DNA from: Macrostomum lignano
Lineage: Eukaryota
Assembly (NCBI GenBank): GCA_002269645.1
Contig: NIVC01000729.1
Location: 10,697-74,696, forward strand
Reading direction: 5' to 3'
DNA: 64,000 bases
In this document: positions 1 to 12,394 of the stretch, piece by piece
Layout of the letters: the number at the start of each line of letters is the position of its first letter
Position numbering within the stretch: position 1 is the stretch's first letter
Notes under the pieces: model-generated
The model's database searches: none
Seen by the model: the letters and a program-made list of their open reading frames with translations, nothing else
Told to the model about the DNA's origin: nothing
Position numbers and translations under genes: made by a program

Positions 1-965
1 TTTTTATATTTGTTAAGTTTCTAAACATCTACAAAACTTTTTGAAACCGAAAAACGAATTTTTTCCTGAATTTTCTCATTAGGCATATGGCATAGCATAG
101 AATAGTGATAGCATGATAGCAGCGAGACAGAGAGAGCCAGTCAAAGCCTGCAAGAGACTAAGAATCTGGCATTCTTATTTCTTAGCCATACCCAGTGGAA
201 AAAAATATCCGGGCGACGTCGTACGACGTCCGCCCCGAGTCGCCCCAAAATTTCTGAATAAAAATCCGGGATGCTTTAAAATAGTTTTTTAAGTTCGTAG
301 AGCGAAGACAGAATAAGTAAACATGTCATATTTTCGTAAATGCTTGTGCTTTAGGTTTTGTGTCTTACAATCCGCCCTCAAGTTCGCCCACCGGACGCTA
401 GAAGACGCTAGTTTTGTATTCGCATAATAGGGTCTATTTTAAGCGTTTCAATTAGCAGCATTCTATGAGCACAGAAGGGCCTAACTGTGGTGCTTAAGTT
501 TTCATTTTTGTGCAGGCATTTAATTCTTAATGTTTCACTAATTCTTAATTCATCCATGATGGACCTTGAAATTAGAAAATTTCATGACATAGTAAGGCAA
601 CACTTAAAATATACGCATTTCACTACTTTGCTGTGTGAAAAGTAGTATCGCGTGTGTCTCGACACTTACGCTTGAAGACAATAGCAATATAGTTTTACGT
701 ATAGGACTTTCTGGAATTAAAGACCTGATGGTAAAGACCGACTCTTTCTCTTTGCAAGAGAAAACGGCAGCAGTTTGTCACACGTTGACTAGACATCCGC
801 CATAGCTATAAGACAGACATTGCATCATATTAAATATTAGTTGGGGCTGAGGTTTAGATTTCATTTACATTTCAAAGTCAGTCATTTTACTCATCCACGT
901 TTTCATCGTTTCAGATTGCTCTCATAGACGGCTATCAGTGGCGGCTGGCGGGACTGACTATTAAG

Positions 966-1360
966 CTAATGTGACTAGACTAATCTGACTAGACTAATCT
1001 GACTAGATTAATGTGACTAGACTAATGTGACTAGACTAATCTGACTAGACTAATCTGACTAGACTAATCTGACTAGACTAATGTGACTACACTAATCTGA
1101 CTAGACTAATCTGACTAGACTAATGTGACTAGATTAATGTGACTAGACTAATGTGACTAGACTAATCTGACTAGACTAATCTGACTAGACTAATCTGACT
1201 AGACTAATGTAACTACACTAATCTGACTAGACTAATCTGACTAGACTAATGCGACTAGACTAATGTGACTAGATTAATCTGACTAGATTAATGTGACTAG
1301 ACTAATGTGACTAGACTAATCGGACTAGACTAATCTGACTAGACTAATCTGACTAGACTA
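966..1360 (+). repeat. 14-bp minisatellite (GACTAGACTAAT[C/G]T)n
   Basis: Directly visible tandem array of about 28 units. Confidence 0.95.
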
Positions 1361-1461
1361 AAAGGTTAATAAGTTCGAGTGGAAATCATTTGAAATCATA
1401 AAACCAACTCAGTCGTGTAGGAAATCATTTCTAGATTGATTTTCAATTGAATCCGACTCGA

Positions 1462-1596
1462 TAAACTCGATCACTCTGTTCTCGCTGTTCTCTCTCACTC
1501 TGTTCTCTCTCACTCTGTTCTCTCTCACTCTGTTCTCTCTCACTCTGTTCACTCTGTTCTCGCTGTTCTCTCTCACTCTGTTCTCTCTCACTCTCA
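1462..1596 (+). repeat. CT-rich minisatellite (CTCTCTCACTCTGTT-like)
   Basis: Visible tandem array; source of spurious ORF 1409-1591. Confidence 0.9.
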
Positions 1597-2353
1597 GCTT
1601 AATCTGCTTTCCAGATATTCGCAGGCGGAGATTCCGGAAAATTCCTATACATTTAAATGGGGAAATCCAGGAAAATCAATCAGAAATTGCCAAGCTGTAT
1701 CAATAGACTCAGATATGAGATTGTACACATCATTAGAGTGTGCCAGTCGGTGTCACCCGCAGAAAGAATCGTGTGTCTAGCTTAATCTGCTTTCCATATA
1801 TCCGCAGGCGGAGATTCCGAAAAATTCCTATACATTTAAATGGGGAAATCCAGGAAAATCAATCAGAAATTGCCAAGCTGTATCAATAGACTCAGATATG
1901 AGATTGTACACATCATTAGAGTGTGCCAGTCGGTGTCACCCGCAGAAAGAATCGTGTGTCTAGCTCAATCTGCTTTCCAGATATTCGCAGGCGGAGATTC
2001 CGGAAAATTCCTATACATTTAAATGGGGAAATCCAGGAAAATCAATCAGAAATTGCCAAGCTGTATCAATAGACTCAGATATGAGATTGTACACATCATT
2101 AGAGTGTGCCAGTCGGTGTCACCCGCAGAAAGAATCGTGTGTCTAGCTCAATCTGCTTTCCAGATATTCGCAGGCGGAGATTCCGGAAAATTCCTATACA
2201 TTTAAATGGGGAAATCCAGGAAAATCAATCAGAAATTGCCAAGCTGTATCAATAGACTCAGATATGAGATTGTACACATCATTAGAGTGTGCCAGTCGGT
2301 GTCACCCGCAGAAAGAATCGTGTGTCTAGCTTAATCTGCTTTCCAGATATTCG
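1596..2353 (+). repeat. 183-bp tandem repeat, ~4.1 copies
   Basis: Unit start CT(T/C)AATCTGC recurs at 1598, 1781, 1964, 2147 and 2330. Confidence 0.95.
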
Positions 2354-3613
2354 TATTTCAAAGGCGGCGTTTTTATTAATTTGTTTATTTTTATTTATTT
2401 ACAATTTCGCGCTGCAGGCGCTGATTTGTTGCCCTGCAGCAAATGCATGTGTGCAAAGCAGTAAAAACCAAAAGTAAGAGTAAAAAAATAAGCAAAAAAG
2501 TGCAAAATGTGGATGGGCCAGATACCATTGCTGCTTCCCACTTAAAAAAGTGGGGGAAGCCATGCCTTACTGTCCTCGCCCCGTTTCTTCACCTAAAGTT
2601 TGGATTTAATTATAATTTTTAATTTTAATTTTAATTTTAATTTTAGATTTAATTTTTAGTATATTTTCATTGACAACTTACTGTCTCTTTGCATGCCCAC
2701 AAACGGTTTCTGACGTTGGGTTGTAAATTACAGAAACAATATGCATGGTAAGAATAGAGAATATACTATGAAAATGAAGCATTTTTGGAAGTGCTGTGTT
2801 TGTTACAGGGGCATTGCAATCAACATACATACAAACATGCATTCGTGCTTTAAGTGTGCTGCGTTCGAGAGCAGTAATTTGTCTACTCGTGTATACACAA
2901 AATTCGCAGTATACTTCTAATTGAAATATAATTTTGCATTACTCAAAAGTAACAAGGGCGAACCTCATTGGACTCACAAAGGTGCTGACTTTTTCCCCTC
3001 TGCTTCCTAACTGGCACCATAGATGCTATCTTTAGAAGAACTCCTTTGCTTTGGGGCCCAAATCTAAGTTGATATTGCTATTCCCATGGCCTCAAATTTT
3101 TGACATCTACTCTGCCCCTCCCCTGTATCTATCTGCCCTCATAAGTATGAGCACCGAGTGGCAAAATTTATCAAAGCAGAAGCTTTACAACTTTAAGTCA
3201 GAGGCAGTCTAGTTGTATGTGCTATCAGAATAAAAAGGGGATACTTGGATTGGGCCTGTCCAAGGAATCCTCTATACCTATTTCTACCTTTCCTTTTAAA
3301 TCTTGTAAAAGAAGATTTCTTTGAAGCATTTCTAGAGAAAGGGCTTCGGTATAGACGATTCATTAGCCTGTCACCACTAGCCCTGTCCCAGGGAAGAAAG
3401 CCTGGAGTGGAGTGAACAAAGAGGCAAGCCTGGGAAGGGGGCACTAAGGGTCCCATAGTATTTTTTGCCGTTGGGCAGATGTTACCTCTAGTCAAGCTCG
3501 CAAATAAAGTGGAAGAATGCTTTATAATATTTAGACTAAGCTAAGCTGGTCTGTGATTTAGACTGATGAAACGAGCACACACAACAAACTGGGGGCTGAG
3601 TGGGGGGTTGTGG

Positions 3614-3928
3614 CACAGACCATATAGAATATAGACTGCGAATCTCGGGGGCCTGCCCAGGCGCGTTGTGGGACAAAAAACAACACAAAAATGGTCCTTC
3701 CCCCAAAGCCCCACTTCGATCGATATGTGGTACAAAAAATTAGGCTGTCTCTTTTCTAGCGGGCCAGTGCTTGAAATTTACTCAGTATAAAGGGTGTTAA
3801 AACCCCCGGGGAGGCAAAAAAATGTTCCTTGCAAAAAGGGGAAGGACTATTTTTGTGTTGCTTTCTTGTCCCACAACGCGCCTGGGCAGGCCCCCGAGAT
3901 TCGCAGTCTATATTCTATATGGTCTGTG
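3614..3928. mobile_element. Non-autonomous CACAG-ended MITE (CMC-like), 315 bp
   Basis: ~90-bp TIRs (3614-3703, 3838-3928) starting CACAGACC; GG on both flanks (3612-3613, 3929-3930) fits a 2-bp TSD. Confidence 0.7.
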
Positions 3929-6387
3929 GGTTGCAGGAGGCTTGAGAGGGGAGGGAGTGAGGGAAAAAAGGAAATAGAGATCTAGAACTAGAACCTAGAA
4001 ACTAGAGAAGAGAAGAGAAGTAGAGAAGAGTTCTAGATCTCTATGGAAAAAAGCACACTCGAAAACAAGCTTGTAAAAGAAACTAGCTTGGGCGTGTTTG
4101 TACCCAATGTATGAATTGTATCACGAATGATTTATGTGATAACTCGAATATGAAATTGAATGCTACAGTGCTTCTCAGTCCCAAATATGAATGGTATGAC
4201 TGCTCTGGTTCTCACTTCTCAGTCCCTGATTGAACCAACTTTGACTCTTGCCTTCGTTGATCGTTATCGCTCCCTTCTTTCTTTTCACAATGAAGTAAGA
4301 AACACAGCGAACACTCCCAGTGCACAGTCACTGCGAACCCTGGACATTGACAAGGCTTATATTCGTTATTTTGGGAGCCAGACTCCACACTGTAACGTTT
4401 CTGGCCTGGCCCACAAAGGCAATAAATCACTTCTAAATAAAGAAGTTTGTGGAAACATATCTACATATTTACGCATGGATCGAATGGATTCAATAGTCAA
4501 ATAGGTACGCCATGTCTGTTGTGTAGTAGAATTGAGGCAGCGATTCAACAAAGCGAAACAAACTCACTTACTCAATCACTCTTGTTCACTCATTCTATTT
4601 CTTTTCCCCATATAGACAGCTATTTTGAAAGCAACATCGATACATCACATCAATGAGACTTTTTTAGTACAGCAAATCTGCATACATTTGTGTATAAAAA
4701 TATAATTCTCATTTTCGTTAGCGCTTTGTTTGTGCTACAGGCCATATGTCCTAAAGCTTCTGGGAGTTCTTTGCCTCATAAACTGAAGAGTTGTGGGTCT
4801 TTGTTCCAAATATGATATATGGAGAGCGGGAGACTGATTCAAGGAGATCTAAATATATAAGTTTTTTCTAGTTCAAGATTTCTTTGACTGATTATATCGT
4901 GACCTGAGCGGCGGACCCGCATTTTTTGGTTTATAGCTGCCGCGGGCGTCAGCCAGGCAAGCTCTGGCAATGCACGGTCTCTTGAAATATCCTAGTCAAT
5001 CTGGACTTGCAACCAAATTCTGAGTGGGCTTTTTCCTCAAGCTGGGGCCTGGCAAACTGTGGGAAGGGATGCGGGTTGAGGAAAAGGCAATGCACCGACT
5101 AGCTATGCTGCATTTGCATATGCTATACGAAACTATAGCTTTTTCTTTTCGTAATTTTTTCTTTTGAAACGTGGAGCAAACAACCCAGCAAGTTTAAACC
5201 TGGAGTATTTGTGAATAGAAGATGCATGGAGCATGGTCAATTCAAATGCAGTAGTAGCTAGCTACCTTAATAGCCAGACACAAATAACATACAGAAAATA
5301 ACCTACGTAGAAATGCTTACAGGATTATAGATAAAAACATGTCAGTTAGAGTTTATTGAGACAGCGGCTTCGGTCAGGTCGCTAGACTTGCTGGACGGGA
5401 TCGCAGCGCTCGCAGCTTTAGCAATCCTGAACACTGCCGATAGAAGAAGCGACCTGTAGATGGATAAGGAGCAAAAGTCTATAGGCTATAAGTCTAAAAC
5501 TATAGCCTAATATATCGAGAATGACAAATGATTTGTAATTTTTTGTGCTTTTTGTACAATTTGAAGATGCGATGATGCCAAAAGAAATGGAGTATACATA
5601 AACCCAGTTCTGTGAACGGGATAATTTTTTTAATGTACAGTAATATGTATGTCTGTGAGAAATAGCAAAGATCCTGACTAGCTGAGTTGACAAATAACAG
5701 TCACAGGCCTGTAACTGTCAGGGGACACTTGTCTTATCTGCTTAGAATTTCCATAGAATAGTGGATTTTAAGTTGCTACCTTGCCCCACCGCAGATGCTA
5801 GTCAAGTCAAAGTTATGCTGTATGTATTTCAAGAGTAAACAAAGAAACCTGTTTCTTATCGCACACCAGACACATCGCCCTTCAGCTTATCTCCGTCTGT
5901 TGTGGTCCCTGGTACGCTCGTCTGGGTTGCAAGCGAATTTGGGAAGCAAAAAATCGGCGGCCGTTTTGTCAACATAGGTGGGTGGATTCTGCCTAGGGCT
6001 CAAGTTCCCACACTATTTGCTCCTTATCTCTCCTAAATGTCTCCTAAATATTTTGAATATGAAGTAATATAACGCAACCGACAGTCGGGCTGTCAAAACC
6101 CAAATCCAAGTTTAGAGTTGTGAAGAGTAGATGAGAAAATTTATGACAATGTTGCTCCTTATCTCTCCTAAATGTCTCTCCTTGAATTTACAGGACTGTA
6201 TCGGAATGTCAAGGACGTTGAAGGCTGTGGAAATTTAGGGTCAGGATGTTCTAAAATCAATCATGCGACTTTTAGAAACAATAATTAATAGCAAGAAAAC
6301 GTTGTTTCGATGAACGCAGTCAAGCTCTGCTACGAGCTCTGAATATAATGCTAGCGTAATAATAGGGAAAATTTTGTTGGACTCACC

Positions 6388-8351
6388 CTAATTACAATCA
6401 CCTCCAGCCAGTGGAACAACGTAAAAGAGACCGGTCTCATCAGCTTCTGGCCTGCTGGCACTGCTGGTCGAGTCTGCAACAGACTTAGGAAGAAGCCAGC
6501 ATTTCCATTCTGGCTTGCCGATCAGGACTTCTTCAGTCAACCGATAGATTCCAATCCCCAAACGCATTGAGCTGTACGGTTGAGAATAAATTTCGCCCTC
6601 CGGCTTCAAAACTCGACCAGTTGCGACTCTCTCTTCGGTGATGTGTTCAATTAAGACGCAGATGTTTCTTATGAAGCATGCATTATCTCCCATCTTGGAG
6701 CTGTACTTTAACGGCTTGACTGGGTCATCATGCATCAAATTCCGGACACATACTATCTCGTTCACTGAATGTGCAGCCAGATGCCTAGTTACCTTGATGC
6801 GACGTTTGATGGCGCCAAGGTAGTTTTCAAAGGGAAATGTCGTAAAGCTATTAATGTTCCCATACAGTCGGACAAACTGATCGAAGTGCAGTAAGGCATG
6901 GATATTGTAGCTGATGGCCTCCTGGCCAAAGTAAATAGCCGTTTGCTCGACAAAAACTTCAACGGAGCTTTTAGCCTGATCCCAGTACTTAGTGTGTCTG
7001 TCGCTTGAGTAGACGTACATGGCGAAGTGCAGCAAGAGGAAATGGTTGTACAGTAATTCCGGCAAAAATCCCTTGAACAAGACGGGGCCCAAATAAAGAA
7101 GAAACTGCCGGTACTCGCTGGCCTTAAAAAACTTCAGATCAGAAAGTCGACGAGGTCTTCTTTGAAAATTTGAGGGTGTGTACTTCGTCAGTGCAGCAAT
7201 TCGGTCGGACAAATGCGAGATTTGATCCTTCTTGACTTTACGGCCACCTTCTGGATCAAAGTAGAAGTAGAAAAATTTTCGTACAGCACCGAGGCACACC
7301 GCGTGTTGAAATTCCACAGGGAAAGAATTTACGAAGTCTACATTAGGCAGTTGCAACAAAGGCGACATAATTATATTTCCAGTCTTCCGCTGCTGGTTCG
7401 ATTCCTGACCTGCGCGATACATCTCTCCGCATCGGCTCTCGCCCACCACCGTTGAGAAAGTCATTCTCTTCTTAAAATGAATGCCAACAGCTCTGCAATA
7501 ACCGCATCCAGCATATGCGGTGTGTCCCAGAATGCCACAGATGTACGCTCTGGCCGGCGCATCGCAAACAAATCGAATTGCTGAAATCGTAATTTGCACG
7601 GATTCACTAATTCTTACTGGTGCAGAAAGAAACTTTTTTGCTTCATTACAGAATTCCCGCAGGTAAGCTTGAAGAGGCGGTTTGCCCTTGCCGGCATAAA
7701 TTCCAACAGGAAATGGTCTTGGAAAAGCGTCAGGGATCATCATCAGAATCGGCCATAGACCAAATTGAGAAGACTTAAAAAGTGGGAGTCCATCCGAATT
7801 AAAAAGTGCACAGAAACTGTAGACCCTTGACTCGTTCGTGGAATGTAAATCATCTGGTCTCGTCAGATTTAGCAGACCTTTTTTAGTAGCATTTGCAGAT
7901 TCTCACCAATACCGAAGTACCGAAACTGACCCTCTCCCATCGGCTCAAGCGAGGTGTCAGTCTTCTCACCCTTCAGAATTTTATCAATCATGTACTTCGA
8001 CCGCGGTGCCTGTACTCCAAGCTTGCGTAGGCCTCCAAGCAGTAGTTTAACTCCGTCACGTGGCACCTTGTACAAAATGAAGAAGAGAATGAGAAGTGCT
8101 TCTAGCTTCTCTTCAAAGCTTCGCTTGTCTTCATCATCAGCATCTTCTTCTTCGCTCTCACTCTCTGGTGGCGATCGCAACTCGTCAAAGCAAGCTTTCC
8201 TGGTGACGCTGGCGTCAAAAGCAATGGGTTCGATTTCTTCTTCCGTCTTCGCCTTCTTCAATACCATATTCTCATCAGTTGCCTCTTTTGGTTGCTCATC
8301 AAGAAGATCCAGGACAAACTTATTCGCCTTGCGCCTGATAGTCCACGACAT
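6388..8351 (-). CDS. CMC/EnSpm-type DDE transposase, split by a -1 frameshift near 7879-7885 (~654 aa if joined)
   Basis: ORF 8351-7869 ends GQFRYFGIGENLQMLLKK. The -1 frame continues GLLNLTR..NSDGLPLFKSS..WPIL into ORF 7743-6388. That ORF has GIYAGKGKP, CDAPARA, H..CGYC, HAVCLG, FKASEYRQFLLY and FPFENYLG, typical of animal EnSpm-like transposases. Confidence 0.85.
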
Positions 8352-8713
8352 TTTTTGTATTCGGATTTGAGTAAAACTGTCAGATTTTGACTCAACTTTG
8401 GGTTTTGTATTGCATTTACAGTATTTTGAATTTCCTGCCTGCTAAAGCGATATTGAGTGATTTCTGCTTCGGGGAACAGGAATGCGGAGCGGAACGTGGG
8501 GGAGGTTGGGGAGAGGCAGCGGGGGTTGGGGGTCGAGGTTGCGATTTGTGGCTGGGAATTCAATAGCCAATAGGGGACGGAGTTTCGAAGCCCGCGTCAA
8601 ACAAATGAGTTTTAAAACTTGAATATGAATGAAACTTCCGCAAAGTTCCGCTTCAATTAAAAGCTCCCCTTGCTCATTCATTCTTTTTTTCGGCTCATTT
8701 CCACGATATAACA
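8352..8713. promoter_or_regulatory. Putative bidirectional promoter between transposase and partner gene
   Basis: 362 bp between divergent ATGs; CCAAT near 8547; four G-tracts at 8498-8532. Confidence 0.45.
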
Positions 8714-11151
8714 ATGAAATTCATTGTTGTTTTTAAAAACGACCGTCAGGTTGTAGAGATCCCAATGGAAGGCGTAATACTCCCAAGGGAATTACAAGAC
8801 CTATCTAGGTCGGAATGGCTTGAGAAGAGACACGCAACGGAGCGATGGATCTGTCAGGCTCGGTACGAGCAAGAGGAGTACCTGGCATACGTCATGCAGG
8901 TGAGTAGTACTGAATTCGTTTGGATTTAAACTAGACTATAATTGAGACCGAGGTAGACAATATCTACGGGCCAATGACAATACCAACAATAGTGCATGAT
9001 ATCCATCCATTATATCCTAACATTTAAGGTATATCTGGAAAATGAAGACGGTGAAACAGCCTGCACGGAAGCCAGCATCCTCTACGTGCGAAAGCTGATC
9101 CGGAAGGGGTTCAAGATGCCGCAGATCCTTGAAGTACTGCAACCGCGTGTCTTCATGCCTTCGGATTCGAAGAAAAGGAGGCGAGAATATCAAGCTAATG
9201 TAAGTTGCCGGTTGCAGTGTTCACTAGAATGAGTAAATTCAATAAATCAAATTAATAAATGAAAATTTTAAATTGAACCTCCTTGTCAAAATCCCAAATT
9301 CTGCAGATTTACACAACAGAGTCGGAGCCCGACACCGACACTTTCCTGAATGGACGTCCTAGAGTTCTCGATCTCGGCGGCGAATCTCGCCTCTCTCTAC
9401 CGGCGCAGATGCTTCTACAGCGCCAGCAACCGGCATCAACCCGTGCGCAACTGGTGGCAATGCCAGAGTCAGATGAGGATATTGGTGAGTTAAAATTCAC
9501 TCACTCGACATTCATTCACACATTCACTCCGATGTCAATGATCTATTCACACACCAGTCACTTATTTACTCGCCCCACTCATCAACAGAGCCAGAGTCGG
9601 GGACAGCAGCCCCAGCGCCACTGCCGGAGTCAGAGACAGCAGCGCCAGTGCCTAAGGCGCCAGAGTCGGGGGCATCAGCACCTCCTTCAGCAGTGCAAGA
9701 GCCAGGAATTCAGACTACTGCAGACGAGTCGGTGTCTGAGCCAACGACTATTCCGAAGGAATCAATTGGGGCGGCAGGTGCAGCGGCAGCAGCGCCAGCC
9801 TCAGAAGGTGACCCACAATTCTAAACTTCGGTCCAGGCCACATCAATAAGCTGCGAGAAAGAGTTCAGGCCTGCATTAACCACAGCCTGACAAGTCCGGA
9901 GGGCCTCACGTTTCTCATGCTGACCGTCTTGCGGGCGTCTGGCGTCCTGGAAGCAAGACTGGCGACTCAGGCGGGTGAAATAGCTGGTCTGCGCAGTGAA
10001 GTTGCGGGTCTTCGCAGTGAAGTTGGTCGGCTCTCTGCTGCTTCTTTGGATGTTGAACCGACCGGCCCTCAACCAAGCGAAGTCTGGCCAATTTCTACTT
10101 GGTCAAAGTACGCGAACTTCGTTTCGTCGCCCGGGGAGACGCTGATTGAGTTGGTAAGTTCAACATTTTTTGGCTTACTCATTCCTTAACTATTTATTCA
10201 TACATGTGCATAAAATTCACTCACTTATAATTCCCACATTCACCTAACCTTATCCCTTTCTCACTGGCAGAGGTCGGCGCTGCTTTGCTGCAAGAGTGCG
10301 AATTGGAAGATGACCCTCCGTGAAATGCTGAATTATGCACTGACGGCCAAAATGCAGAAGGTGGTCAACTTCAACGGTCGCGACATGGCCAACAGAGCCC
10401 GCACTGCTGGAGTTAACATATCCTTATCGGATGACCTGCTCGGCTTTGAAAAGGTGTTTCTGCGTTGGTTTCAAGGTAAGATGGCCTTTTAAAACAAAAA
10501 AGAGAGCAGTGTTTGAAGCGTTTGTCTGTTGCCCCGAAAATACTACTAAAAGTAGTCAGTAAAGAATTGATGTATAACTTGTTACAGAAAAATTGTTAAC
10601 ATTATGTTTGGATCACGTAATGTCAATGAAAAAATCTACAAAATGAACTTATTCCAGACGCCATGAATACGATCTACGGAGACTATTCCACCCGACCAAC
10701 GGAGAGACCACTTGGTGTTCCTACGAAGGACGAAGTGCGGAAAACATGTATGAACATGTTAAAGCACGCCGCTGACCGTGTGACGCCTCGCTCTCATCGG
10801 CGTCAGGAAGAGCGTCCGACATCTGGAACACCAGACGAGCAACAGCTGGCAAGTGTTAACAACAGCCAGCAGCAACAACAAACCTCCGGACCGCAGCAGC
10901 AGCAGCAGCCACAAACCCCGGGACAGCAGCAGCCACGAACCCCGGGACAGCAGCAGCCACGAACCCCGGGACAGCAGCAGCCACGAACCCCGGGACAGCA
11001 GCAGCCACGAACCCCGGGACACCAGCAGCAGCAGCCACGAGCAACTGCTGTCGAGCCTCAAGCAAAGAAAAGGCGCGTCTACATCAGCTCTGGTAGTTCA
11101 AGTGATGAAATACCAGAAGCTTGTGATGACAGCTCCAGTGGCTTTGATTGA
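8714..11151 (+). CDS. 7-exon DUF4806-like transposon accessory protein (~570-590 aa)
   Basis: Phase-compatible GT-AG exons: 8714-8899, 9029-9199, 9307-9484, 9589-~9807, ~9837-10153, 10271-10475, 10658-11151. C-terminal LREMLNYALT..VNFNG...KDEVRKTCMNMLKHAADR resembles DUF4806. Also a coiled-coil segment and QQQPRTPG repeats. The exon 4/5 junction is uncertain. Confidence 0.7.
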
Positions 11152-12394
11152 TCTCTGCACATCGGATCACTGCAATCATTGCACATTGCTTTGCTAATAC
11201 GAGTACACGTAGTTCATTGTCGCTCAATGTAGAGCGCAGCGAGTCCATTGCTTAAATCATTTGAATTATCGCATTGTATAAACTGTATTTTATGTTATCG
11301 TCAAGTAAACAATATTTATTACTCGCTGAAAAGCTGCATGTTAAAACTCTGTGTTCTAAACAAGTTAAATATTGCCTATATTGACTCTAACTAAAGACTA
11401 AAATAAAAATGGCAACAAAAGCTCACTGTATGCACCAAAAGAAACAAGTCTAGAAGTACGCCTGTATTGCTTGTAAAGCTAGCTAAAATTCTGGAGAGGT
11501 CATCAAGAGCAGGAATTTTGAGGAGCTCAATAAATGATAGGCCCACGTGTCGCACATTCACAGTATACTACTGTAAGTAGACTGGAGGGATTTTTTGTCC
11601 AACTATATTCTGACCGACGCCAGGCGGACGTCGCGCGACGACGGGGCGGCCAAACAATTGGTCCGCCCCAGGACCGTCGTGCGTCCGCGAGAAGCACGTT
11701 GCCCGACTCATGGGGCGCACTCCAATTTCCCACTGGGTATGTAGCATTTTGCTCCTTAGCATAAAAATAGGATATTACATTTAGATTATGAGGATAAGGA
11801 TGAAAGAATATTAATAAGGAAATACTAAATAAATACTAATAGGATATGAATATGAATTATGATTGATTGTAGTTTACTTTGTTTGCTTTGTTGTAGTTTA
11901 AGTTTAAGTTTAAGTTTAAGTTTATCATATTTATTATGCATAAGCCTATTATTATTATTAATTTTATGTATTTTATTGTAATGTAACTAACTGCACAAAA
12001 ATAAATATATTTTTACTTTGATGTTTGATGTAAATTAATTTGTAACCAATATAAATTAAACTTTTTATTTATTTCTTTAATTCCAGCTGTAGCAGCTCTT
12101 AACTTTTGGATTTGGTCTATCCTATTGAATATTGACTTGACTTGAGTTTAAGTTCAAGTTGCAGTGACAGTGTGGTGCCATGAGTAAGCCAGATGATAAG
12201 GACGGTGAGCATGAGGGTGGCCATGAGCAACTTGAGCATAGTTGCAAGGCCAAAATTGTTAGGCCTCATCGTGCCACCAGTATTTTGTGGAGCTTCTTTA
12301 TGCTACCAAATGCAGGTGACAATTTGGTTTCTGAGTGCACATTGTGTCATGCAACTGTTTGTTGTAGAACAAAGAAAGCAAATGCATCCAATGG

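Larger units (their letters stand above)
191..11737 (-). mobile_element. CACTA/EnSpm (CMC superfamily)-like DNA transposon, ~11.5 kb, two divergent genes
   Basis: Ends CCCAGTGG (191-198) and CCACTGGG (11730-11737), each flanked by TA (189-190, 11738-11739). GACGTC-rich subterminal motifs at both ends, with CGACGTCCGCC inverted between them. Encloses a CMC-type transposase and a DUF4806-like gene. Pairing of the two ends is inferred; no closer matching left end was found. Confidence 0.7.
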
